This document shows positions 50,583 through 63,294 of a DNA stretch of 64,000 nucleotides, piece after piece. The translations under genes were made by a program, and so were the position numbers. The notes beneath the pieces are model-generated. The model made no database searches. It had not been told where the DNA came from and saw nothing but the letters and a program-made list of their open reading frames with translations. Origin of the DNA: Candidatus Krumholzibacteriota bacterium (lineage in GTDB: Bacteria; Krumholzibacteriota; Krumholzibacteriia; JAJRXK01); the NCBI GenBank assembly GCA_963727455.1, contig CAVSGG010000012.1:88609-152608 (forward strand), written 5' to 3'. Every line of letters starts with the position of its first letter. Within the stretch, counting starts at the first letter, position 1.

Positions 50583-52208
50583 ATGAATGGAACACCCAAG
50601 ACGTTGCAGTCCACCCTCGCATCATTACGATTTGGAGCCCTGCTCTCTCTCGTGATCCTGGTGGTTCTCGCAAGCAGCTCTTCAGCCTTGGCTCTGACTA
50701 CGGAACAGCTTCTGGATCAAGTGCAGCACGCGACCTTCGACTATTTCTGGAACGAGGCCAACCCCAGCAACGGTCTGGTGAAGGATCGCTCTACCAGTGG
50801 GTCGCCGGCCAGTATCGCTTCCGTAGGTTTTGGTCTCACTGCGATTACGATCGGCATCGACCATGGGTGGGTGAGCCGTGCGGACGGCCGTGATCGAGTA
50901 TTGACCACGCTCCAGACCTTCTGGAATGGTCCGCAGGGCACGGCGAGTTCAGGAATGATGGGATACAAGGGCCTCTTCTATCACTTCCTGGACATGAATA
51001 CCGGAGCGCGTGTTTGGAACTGTGAACTCTCGACCATCGACACCGCTCTCTTGATGGCGGGGGTGCTGGACGCCAAACAGTATTTCGATACGACCGAAGC
51101 ACTCGATATACAGATTCGGGATCTTGCGGACTCGCTCTACCAGAGAGTCGATTGGGAGTTCATGCGTGCCAACGGTGTGGGTATCCGCATGGGCTGGAAT
51201 CCCGAGGGAGGGTTTTCGTCCTTCGGCACCTGGGTTGGTTATAACGAGGCCATGATCCTCTACATCCTCGCCCTGGGCTCCCCCACCCATCCCGTTCTTT
51301 CCAACACCTGGTTCACCTGGACCAGCGGATACAATTGGTCGACCCAATACGGGTACGAATACCTTGTCTTTCCGCCTCTCTTCGGGCACCAGTACTCGCA
51401 CTGCTGGATCGATTTTCGGGGGATCCAAGACGTATACATGCAGAGCAAAGGGAGTACCTACTTCGAAAATTCCCGCAAAGCCACCCTCGCAGCCCACGCC
51501 TACTGCGTCGACAACCCTCTAGGCTGGCTTGGCTACGGGGATCTCTTGTGGGGCTTGACTGCATCGGACGATCCTGGTGGATATCTGGCCCACGGTGCTC
51601 CCCCCGCTCAGAACGACAACGGCACGATCTCTCCGACCGCCGCGGCTTCCTCCATCGCGTTCGCACCAGAGATCGTGATTCCCACGCTCCATTATATGTA
51701 TGACAACCTGTATGCGGACCTTTGGTCGGTGTATGGCTTCAAGGATGCCTTCAATCTCACCCAAGGATGGTGGGCCACCGACTATCTAGGAATCGACGAG
51801 GGTCCCATCGTGATCATGATCGAGAACTACCTGAACGGTTCAGTGTGGTCTCGATTCATGCAGAATGCCGACGTGCAACGTGGTCTCGAAACCGCAACAT
51901 TTACTCAAGCCACTGCGGCTCCCGAAGCAACCAGGTTGGGAGTGAGTGCTATCGTCTTGAATCAAAATGTTCCAAACCCCTTTGCGGGGCCCTCCATGAT
52001 TTCGTACAGCTTGCCCCAGGCCGGGCGGGTGACCCTTTCGCTTTATGATGTGAAAGGGCGTCGAGTGCGAAACATGGTGAATCGAGTTCAATCCGCCGGG
52101 AATCATCAGATTCGCATGGATCTGCACGATCTTCCGGGTGGTGTGTATTTCTACACGCTGGAGTCCAATGGCGAGCGTGTAGGAAGGCGGTGTGTCTTGA
52201 TGAGGTAG
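50583..52208 (+). CDS. Second GH144-like glucanase with C-terminal T9SS/FlgD-like sorting domain
   Basis: TFDYFWNE, SIASVGF, GLFYHF, ELSTIDTA, GYNEAM, PLFGHQY and LGIDEGP; C-terminal LNQNVPNPF..YDVKGRRV..PGGVYFY. Confidence 0.85.
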   Translation: MNGTPKTLQSTLASLRFGALLSLVILVVLASSSSALALTTEQLLDQVQHATFDYFWNEANPSNGLVKDRSTSGSPASIASVGFGLTAITIGIDHGWVSRADGRDRVLTTLQTFWNGPQGTASSGMMGYKGLFYHFLDMNTGARVWNCELSTIDTALLMAGVLDAKQYFDTTEALDIQIRDLADSLYQRVDWEFMRANGVGIRMGWNPEGGFSSFGTWVGYNEAMILYILALGSPTHPVLSNTWFTWTSGYNWSTQYGYEYLVFPPLFGHQYSHCWIDFRGIQDVYMQSKGSTYFENSRKATLAAHAYCVDNPLGWLGYGDLLWGLTASDDPGGYLAHGAPPAQNDNGTISPTAAASSIAFAPEIVIPTLHYMYDNLYADLWSVYGFKDAFNLTQGWWATDYLGIDEGPIVIMIENYLNGSVWSRFMQNADVQRGLETATFTQATAAPEATRLGVSAIVLNQNVPNPFAGPSMISYSLPQAGRVTLSLYDVKGRRVRNMVNRVQSAGNHQIRMDLHDLPGGVYFYTLESNGERVGRRCVLMR

Positions 52209-52319
52209 AGCAGGATCTAATTATGGTATACTTCGACTATGTATGTGCGGGCTCACACGCCGCCGGGTCCTAAGCCGCATAGTCGATCTGAATCGCAACT
52301 CTTTAGGAGGACAGCTAGA

Positions 52320-53138
52320 ATGAGATATAACGGATATGGGAAGTGGAAGCAGTGTCTCATGATCGTGGTGCTCTCGCTCATCGTTCTCGCAACGGTGGCC
52401 GAGGCCGCGACCCCCAACCCTACGAGCGCAGTCTTGAAGACACGCATCTTCAACGATTGCCCCACCTCAATCTTAACCACTAGCAACGCGTACCCTGCGT
52501 CGATCGTGATCGATGACCAAGATCTCGAATGTGGCGGGTTTGCCAACCTGCACAACTGGAGGTTCTCAGAGGACGGTAGCAGTGCGGTCAACTTCGACAA
52601 CAATGCTGCTTTCGCTTTCGGTGCGGACCTGCTGATCACGGGAACTGGTGGTGAGGCAGGTCTTTCGGTAGCGCCCTGGTGGTCTCAAGATATTGATGGC
52701 CGCTTCAACGTACGGTCTACAGATGGGGAAATCGCCTGCTTTGGTGGACGACTTCCTTTCTATTCGTTCACGGCCAGCCAAGGTATATCCTACACGGCGG
52801 GCGACGTGATCCATCTGGGTATCATGTACCAGCCGCACGCCAACACCATGGAGGAACCTGCAGAGATCACCTACCTCGTCAACTACAATGGGATGTCGTA
52901 CAGCAGCGGACCCATCGCCTTCGACGAGGGCAATACTGCCGAGGATCCCCCGTACGGCCTCTGGGGCATGCTCAATGATGCCCAGGTCGGCGGCTACTGC
53001 CAGATGTTTCTGCAGGCCGGGAATGCCAATGCAGGTGTCCACGTGGAATGGACCAACATTACTTACGAGCCCATGGAGATTGTCGCCGCGGAACAGTCCT
53101 CTTGGGGCAAGGTCAAATCGCTTTACAAGGGGCATTAG
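52320..53138 (+). CDS. Secreted hypothetical protein with SWGKVKSLY tail
   Basis: AGGAGG RBS, signal peptide, acidic beta-rich body and C-terminal VAAEQSSWGKVKSLYK. Confidence 0.7.
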   Translation: MRYNGYGKWKQCLMIVVLSLIVLATVAEAATPNPTSAVLKTRIFNDCPTSILTTSNAYPASIVIDDQDLECGGFANLHNWRFSEDGSSAVNFDNNAAFAFGADLLITGTGGEAGLSVAPWWSQDIDGRFNVRSTDGEIACFGGRLPFYSFTASQGISYTAGDVIHLGIMYQPHANTMEEPAEITYLVNYNGMSYSSGPIAFDEGNTAEDPPYGLWGMLNDAQVGGYCQMFLQAGNANAGVHVEWTNITYEPMEIVAAEQSSWGKVKSLYKGH

Positions 53139-53188
53139 TCGCATCGAAACAACTCTCCGCCTCATTTAGGAATGAGTTGGATGACAAC

Positions 53189-53218
53189 GAGCCCCGGGGG
53201 AACCCCTCGGGGCTCTTT
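53189..53218 (+). terminator. Rho-independent terminator
   Basis: GAGCCCCGGGGG-AA-CCCCTCGGGGCTC hairpin followed by TTT, after the last island gene. Confidence 0.7.
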
Positions 53219-53306
53219 CGTCGCAGTTCCCGGGATCAAGTCGTTCGAGGTGCCGCCAAGCTGGCGAGAAGCCTCTGGCGAGTGGCTCAGAGAGAACGAG
53301 TGGCTC
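53217..53306 (+). pseudogene. Orphan duplicate of the thioesterase 3' end
   Basis: Translates FVAVPGIKSFEVPPSWREASGEWL, versus FVRVPEMKSIEIPSGWRETAQKWL at 19968-20039. Confidence 0.7.
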
Positions 53307-53882
53307 CTAAGCGGGGATCCCCAGTTCCCGATGGAGATAGGCTCGAGCCTTGACCCAGTCGCGGCGCACCGTGCGATCGGTGATTCCCAAGGCAGCCGCT
53401 GTCTCGGTCTCACTCATCCCCGCGAAGAACCGGCACTCCACCACGCGGGTCAGCCTCTGATTCATCTCCGTCAGTCTGCTCAGCGCGCGGTCGAGGTCCA
53501 GCAGCAGATCGGCCTGTTGATCGACCTGTAGGCTCTCGAGCTGCAGATCGACCCGCTGCCAATTCCCGCCCCGTTTCTGTGACGCGTGCCGGCGGGCGTG
53601 ATCCACCACGATTTGGCGCATGGCCGTCGCGGCCACCGCATAGAAGTGGCAGCGATCGTTCCACTCGGGCAGTTGGGCCGCCGCCAGCTTGAGGAAGGCC
53701 TCGTGGACCAAGGCGGTCGTGTTCAGGGTGCGGTCTTTTCTCTGACCGCTGAGTTGACGCCGCGCAATCGACCGCAGTTCCTGATAGACGTGCGGGATGA
53801 GCTCGTCCAGAGCCCCCTCCTCACCCTTGCGCACTCTTCCCAGGAGCCGGGTGAGATCCTCTTTGCCGCCTGCTTCACTCAT
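53307..53882 (-). CDS. ECF-type sigma factor (kinase-associated, TIGR02999/ECF43-like)
   Basis: VYQELRSIARRQL, TLNTTALVHEAFLKL, AMRQIVVDHAR..KRGG, VVECRFFAG and TVRRDW. Confidence 0.9.
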   Translation of the reverse strand: MSEAGGKEDLTRLLGRVRKGEEGALDELIPHVYQELRSIARRQLSGQRKDRTLNTTALVHEAFLKLAAAQLPEWNDRCHFYAVAATAMRQIVVDHARRHASQKRGGNWQRVDLQLESLQVDQQADLLLDLDRALSRLTEMNQRLTRVVECRFFAGMSETETAAALGITDRTVRRDWVKARAYLHRELGIPA

Positions 53883-56658
53883 CGCCGTTGTCTTTCGTTA
53901 CTTCGCTCAACTCGAAGCTTTTCGCCCGTTCCGGCTTTCCCCACTTGCGGTAGAGTTCTGCCATCGCCTCCCTGGATTCAAGGGTGTACTCGTCCTCGGC
54001 CCCCCGGGATTCCAAGAGCGCCTCGTAGCCCTCCTGCAGCAGAGCCTCGGCCTCCTCGAACTCCCCTATCGCACACAGACATCGACCCAGAAGGGTTCGC
54101 GTGGCCGCGATCTCCCAGTGGCCAGGCGCCAGGGATGCTTTCTGGATCGAAAGGGCCCTCTGCAAAAGCGGCACTGCATCATCCAGTTTTCCCGAATCAA
54201 AGAGCACCCGAGCCCGGCCAGACAGCACGACAGCGAGCTGCACGCTCTCCCCACCGACTACTTTCTCGGCGATGGCGAGCGCGTCTTTCGAGAGGCTGTC
54301 CACATCCGCCAACGAAGCTGTGCGCATCCGCGCCGTCACCAGGCTATTCTCGCTCAGAGCCACGTCGATGTGCTTGTCGCCGTAGATCTCGCGCCGGATG
54401 GAGAGTGCCCGCTCCAACAGCGTGGCCGCCTCTTCGTATTCGCCCCGGCTCAAGAGCAGTGATCCCAAGTTGTGAAGATTGGTCGCAACCGTACGATGCT
54501 TCGCTCCGTGCAGACGCGTGTTCAAGGCGAGAACCTCGCGATAGATGGGCTCCGCTTCGTCGAGACGGCCCTGCACGCGATAGAGAGTGGCGAGGTTGTT
54601 CAAATTCATGGCGACGTCGGGATGATCTTCCCCCAAGAGCTTGGTACGAATGGCGAGGGCTTCGCGAAACCGCCGTTCCGACTCCTCGTACTCTCCCTTC
54701 TGGCCCAACAGTACCCCCAAATTATCCAGAGAGATCGCGTATTCGGGGTGCTGCGTCCCCAGGACCTTCTTGCGAATCGCCAGGACCCGTCGATAGATCG
54801 GCTCCGCTTCCTCGAAGTTACCCTTCCATTTGAGAGTCAATCCCAAATTGGCCAGGCTGGCCGCGTATTCCGCGGTCTCGATTCCGGACACTCTCTCCTT
54901 GGCCTTCAGGGCTTCCCGTAGAAGCGACTCGGCCTCATCATAGCGTCCGCGGTAGGACAGGGTCATGCCGAGATCGTTCAGGGCCTCGCCGAGGCCGGCT
55001 GCATCATCGGGATGCCGGCGATAGAGCGCGACGGATTTCCGCAACACCTCCTCGGCGCGATCGAGATCGTCGAGCTCCTGCAGAACGAATCCGTAGCGAT
55101 CCAGACTCTGGGCCAGCTCGATGGCCTCTGGACCGCGCGCCTTCTCCCAGAGTGTCGCTGCCTGGGCAAAATGATCGCGCGCGGAATCGTACTCTCCCAA
55201 TTGCTGGTAAAGCCCGGCCACTACCCCGTGCATCTCTGCGGCAATTTCGGGCTGCCCGCCGAGCTCATCCTGGATTCGTTGCGCCCCGCGGTCCAACATC
55301 TGCCGCGCCGTCAACTCCTCGCCCGCCGCCGTCGTTGGATCGTTCGCCTCGAAAAGAGAAACGATAAAGCTCTCCACCTGTGTGGTCTTGCGACCCTGGG
55401 CTACCGCGCGATCCCTCTGGACCGCGAGACGTTTGGTGTAGAAGCCGGTCAACGCCACCAGCAAGAAAAGAGTAACGGAGGCGAACACCACGCTCTTGCG
55501 ATGTCGCTGGCTTGCCTTGCGTAAACGATAGCCGAAGGTAGCGGCCTGCGCGGATACCGGAAGCCCCCGCAGATGATTCTCGATGTCCTCCGCCATCTTC
55601 TGCGCCGAGGAGTAGCGCCTCTGCGGGTCTTTTTGCAGCGCCTTGAGCACGATCTTGTCCAGATCACCGCGCAGCTTACGCGCAAGTTCGCTACCCACGC
55701 ACCGGCTGGGGAGAAGCGGATCGTCCTCCAAGACGCGCCGCGCGAGTTCGTGGAGTGGACCGTCGCTCGCGAAAGGACGCTTCTTGGTCAGGAGCAAATA
55801 GAGAAGTACGCCCAGACCCCAAACGTCGGTGGCAGTGGTAATCGCACTGCCGTCGATTTGTTCGGGCGCGGCGCACGAAGGGGTGACCGGCGCAATACCC
55901 ACCTGAGTGAGTTCCTGCGAGCGCTCGTCTTCATTCACGATGCGGGCCACCCCGAAATCGAGGAGTTTGATGCGCCCGTCGGCGGTGACCAGGATGTTCG
56001 AAGGTTTCAGGTCGCGGTGAACCACGAGGTTGCGGTGGGCGGCCTGAACTACCTCCGCGACTTTCACGAAGAGTCGCAAACGCTCCCTCAAGTCCGCGCT
56101 CGAATCTTCGCAGGCTTGATCGATGGGCTTCCCTTCGACGTACTCCATGACCAGGTAGGGCAAGCCGTCTTCGCTCAAACCGCCATCGATCAGCCGTGCT
56201 ACCGAAGGGTGTTCGAAACGAGCCAAGATCTGACGCTCGGCCTTGAAGCGTTCCATCAGCTGTGGCGTCGCCATTTCCCAACGCAGCAGTTTCAGGGCAA
56301 CTCTTTGGGTGAAGTTGGCGTCGCTCCGCTCTGCCAAGAAAACGAGACCCATGCCACCGCTGCCAATCGGAGACAAAATACGCCAGGAACCGACGCGCTT
56401 GCCCAAAAAGGGGCCGGCCGCGGGTGACGCGTCCTTGCTCCACACTCCCAATTTTCCCGCGAGCTCGCCCAGTTCATGATCCAGGGGACCGGGGCTAGCC
56501 GCGGCAGCGAGAAGAGCATCGAGCTCGCGGCGCAGGGCCCGATCCCCGCAGCAGGCTTCCTTCAGGTACTCTTCGCGAGCGGCGGGCTCGAGTTCGAGCG
56601 CGGCATCGAAAATGGCCTCGATGCGAGACCAGAGGGTCCTATCGAATTCTCCGTGCAT
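53875..56658 (-). CDS. Membrane Ser/Thr protein kinase with C-terminal TPR array
   Basis: IGSGGMG, VALK, HRDLKPSN, LLDFG, APEQ and DVWGLG; one TM segment; kinesin-light-chain-like TPRs; overlaps the sigma start. Confidence 0.93.
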   Translation of the reverse strand: MHGEFDRTLWSRIEAIFDAALELEPAAREEYLKEACCGDRALRRELDALLAAAASPGPLDHELGELAGKLGVWSKDASPAAGPFLGKRVGSWRILSPIGSGGMGLVFLAERSDANFTQRVALKLLRWEMATPQLMERFKAERQILARFEHPSVARLIDGGLSEDGLPYLVMEYVEGKPIDQACEDSSADLRERLRLFVKVAEVVQAAHRNLVVHRDLKPSNILVTADGRIKLLDFGVARIVNEDERSQELTQVGIAPVTPSCAAPEQIDGSAITTATDVWGLGVLLYLLLTKKRPFASDGPLHELARRVLEDDPLLPSRCVGSELARKLRGDLDKIVLKALQKDPQRRYSSAQKMAEDIENHLRGLPVSAQAATFGYRLRKASQRHRKSVVFASVTLFLLVALTGFYTKRLAVQRDRAVAQGRKTTQVESFIVSLFEANDPTTAAGEELTARQMLDRGAQRIQDELGGQPEIAAEMHGVVAGLYQQLGEYDSARDHFAQAATLWEKARGPEAIELAQSLDRYGFVLQELDDLDRAEEVLRKSVALYRRHPDDAAGLGEALNDLGMTLSYRGRYDEAESLLREALKAKERVSGIETAEYAASLANLGLTLKWKGNFEEAEPIYRRVLAIRKKVLGTQHPEYAISLDNLGVLLGQKGEYEESERRFREALAIRTKLLGEDHPDVAMNLNNLATLYRVQGRLDEAEPIYREVLALNTRLHGAKHRTVATNLHNLGSLLLSRGEYEEAATLLERALSIRREIYGDKHIDVALSENSLVTARMRTASLADVDSLSKDALAIAEKVVGGESVQLAVVLSGRARVLFDSGKLDDAVPLLQRALSIQKASLAPGHWEIAATRTLLGRCLCAIGEFEEAEALLQEGYEALLESRGAEDEYTLESREAMAELYRKWGKPERAKSFELSEVTKDNGDE

Positions 56659-56965
56659 GAATTCAGTATAGGGGAGAATGCGGGTTTAGTCCCTCGCCAC
56701 CCGCTCCGGGGACGTGTGCGGCCCTTGGTCGTCGCGAACCGCGCGCGCCGGGTTCTCCCTCCCTTGACCCCGATCTCACCCTCTGCTTTACTGAAACAAG
56801 GCGGCGATCCGCGCCCAACCCCTGAGGCTCTCCCCCAGCGAGGGCCCATGCGGGGCAAAGGGGGGCATACTCCCGGATTCGACATCGACGAGACCTTCGA
56901 CCGCCTCGCCGTGGGTTTCGCTGCTGGGGAGCGTGTACCTCACGGCGGTGATGAAGGAGTTCGTG

Positions 56966-57637
56966 ATGCCCAGGAACAAGGACCTCAAACGCCTCGTGCG
57001 CTCCCGCCAGAAGAGAACGGGCGAGAGCTATACCAACGCGCGCCGGCAGATTCTCCAAAAGCGCCCGCTTGCTCCGCCTGACTATCCAGCCGTAGCCGGG
57101 ATGAGTGACGAAGCTGTCGCACGCAGCACTCACCGCGCTTGGAAGGATTGGGTGGCGTTTCTGGACCAACGCGGCGCCCACACCTGGTCGCACCGCGAGA
57201 TCGCGCGCTATCTGCAGCAGGATATCCACCTGACGCCCTGGTGGTCGCAGACCGTCACCGTAGGCTACGAACGCATCAAGGGGCTGCGAGCCAAGAACCA
57301 GCGTCACGGTGGCAGCTTCGAGATCAACAAGAGCAAAACCCTGCCGTTCTCGATCGAGACTCTGTACGGGGCTTTCCAGGCTGCCAGGCGGCGGCACTGG
57401 CTCGGGGACTTCGAGCTCGAGCTTCGCAAGAGCAAACGCCTGCAATCGATGCTGGCGCGTTGCCCCGACGGCACTCCCCTACAGATTCATTTCGTCGACA
57501 AGGGGCCCAACAAGAGCCAGGTCCAGTTACAGCACGGCGGGCTCGTCTCCAAGAAGAAAGCGGAGGAGATGCGCGCCTTCTGGACCGAACGGCTGACTGT
57601 GCTGGCGCGATGGCTGCGCGCGAAAGACGCGAATTGA
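56966..57637 (+). CDS. Hypothetical protein with basic N-terminal helical domain and SRPBCC-like C-terminus
   Basis: AAGGAG RBS; MPRNKDLKRLVRSRQKRTGESYTNAR, WWSQTVTVGYER and LQHGGL..EEMRAFW. Confidence 0.7.
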   Translation: MPRNKDLKRLVRSRQKRTGESYTNARRQILQKRPLAPPDYPAVAGMSDEAVARSTHRAWKDWVAFLDQRGAHTWSHREIARYLQQDIHLTPWWSQTVTVGYERIKGLRAKNQRHGGSFEINKSKTLPFSIETLYGAFQAARRRHWLGDFELELRKSKRLQSMLARCPDGTPLQIHFVDKGPNKSQVQLQHGGLVSKKKAEEMRAFWTERLTVLARWLRAKDAN

Positions 57638-57665
57638 CGGAACTCGCCGTTTGGGGCAAAGAGAA

Positions 57666-57693
57666 GGCCCCCAGTTCCAAAGAACTGGGGGCC
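57666..57693 (-). terminator. rRNA operon terminator (possibly bidirectional)
   Basis: GGCCCCCAGTT-C-CAAA-GAACTGGGGGCC hairpin; followed by TTCTCTTT on the minus strand. Confidence 0.8.
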
Positions 57694-57703
57694 AACTCAG
57701 TAA

Positions 57704-57821
57704 TGCCGGCAACGTCCTACTCTCCCACGAGGTCTCCCGCGCAGTACCATCGGCGCAGAGGTGCTTGACTACCGTGTTCGGAATGGGAACGGGTATTTCC
57801 ACCTCGCCATGGTCACCGGCA
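57704..57821 (-). rRNA. rrf: 5S rRNA
   Basis: Reverse complement has CCCGTTCCCATTCCGAACACGG, GATGGTACTG and GGGAGAGTAGG; ends approximate. Confidence 0.95.
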
Positions 57822-57937
57822 AGTCGATGCTCGGAGCTTGCTCCGAGTCTCTTCAAAACTCTGACAACCGCAATCGGGTAAGCAAAGGCACTTTTCAGAG
57901 CCTTGCACACTTCCTTCTCCGAAAGGAGAAGCAAGGA

Positions 57938-60940
<3,003 letters not shown>

Positions 60941-61025
60941 CAAAAAAGCTCCTAAAGGTGCCTTCTATCGCTTACCCGATATACGGTTGTCAAAGAACAT
61001 CCCTGGCAAAGCCAGGATTCGAAAC

Positions 61026-61101
61026 TGGTGGAGATAACCGGGATCGAACCGGTGACCTCCGGCTTGCAAAGCCGGCGCTCTCCCAACTGAGCTATATCCC
61101 C
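61026..61101 (-). tRNA. tRNA-Ala(TGC)
   Basis: GGGGATATAGCTCAGTTGGGAGAGCGCCGGCTTTGCAAGCCGG...TTCGA...CCACCA; 76 nt with encoded CCA. Confidence 0.96.
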
Positions 61102-61117
61102 GAACCCAGAAAAAAGA

Positions 61118-61194
<77 letters not shown>

Positions 61195-61322
61195 CGTGGC
61201 CAGAGCCCATGCCCGGCTCCTAGACGATCGAATAGCGCGCGAGCCCATCTTGAATGACTTTGGATTGTGTCTACCAGGTCCGTCAGTCGACTTCCGAAGA
61301 AATCGGCCCGACGGCCTTGGCT

Positions 61323-62885
<1,563 letters not shown>

Positions 62886-63085
62886 AAAAAACGGAGCCGG
62901 GACAAAAGTCCCGGTTCATTCTCAACAAGTTGGTCCCCGAACCTAAGGGTAGAACCCAGGGTTCAAGAACCCACTCTCCAAAATCAGACGGGTCTCGCGC
63001 GCTATTCGATTATCAAAGAACCGGGCATTTGGAATTGGCCCTACCGCTAGAAGCGGCATCGACTGCTTTTTCAGCAGGGCTGCTA

Positions 63086-63114
63086 ATACTAGGGATGTGA
63101 TCAGAGGGCGTCAA
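63086..63114 (-). promoter_or_regulatory. rRNA promoter P2 (sigma70-type)
   Basis: TTGACG-17 nt-TAGTAT on the minus strand; boxA-like GTTCTTTGA follows near 63013-63021. Confidence 0.75.
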
Positions 63115-63189
63115 GCAAAAGGAGTTAGAGCATCCCTGACCAACGCCTCGCAAGGAAGCGTCTTCGCTCCCTATGAGCAGCGGAGGCGC

Positions 63190-63218
63190 AATATAGTGAG
63201 GGTGTGAGGGTGCGTCAA
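63190..63218 (-). promoter_or_regulatory. rRNA promoter P1 (sigma70-type)
   Basis: TTGACG-17 nt-TATATT on the minus strand, followed by a GC-rich discriminator. Confidence 0.75.
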
Positions 63219-63294
63219 GGGCTTTCGCGGAGAAAAGCCGAAGAACTTCGCCGTGGGCAAGGGAGCGGGCATCCTCTTGCCAGACAAGCAATTG

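Larger units (their letters stand above)
19968..53288. mobile_element. Putative ~33 kb integrase-less genomic island inserted at the thioesterase 3' end
   Basis: Diverged direct repeat of the thioesterase 3' end (19968-20039 vs 53217-53288). The interior looks less GC-rich by eye and carries one coherent glycan-uptake function. Confidence 0.6.

Noticed and set aside
53172-53531. 119-aa ORF as a real gene
   Set aside because: It reads through a terminator hairpin and antisense into the sigma gene. Only the thioesterase-like remnant within it is meaningful.
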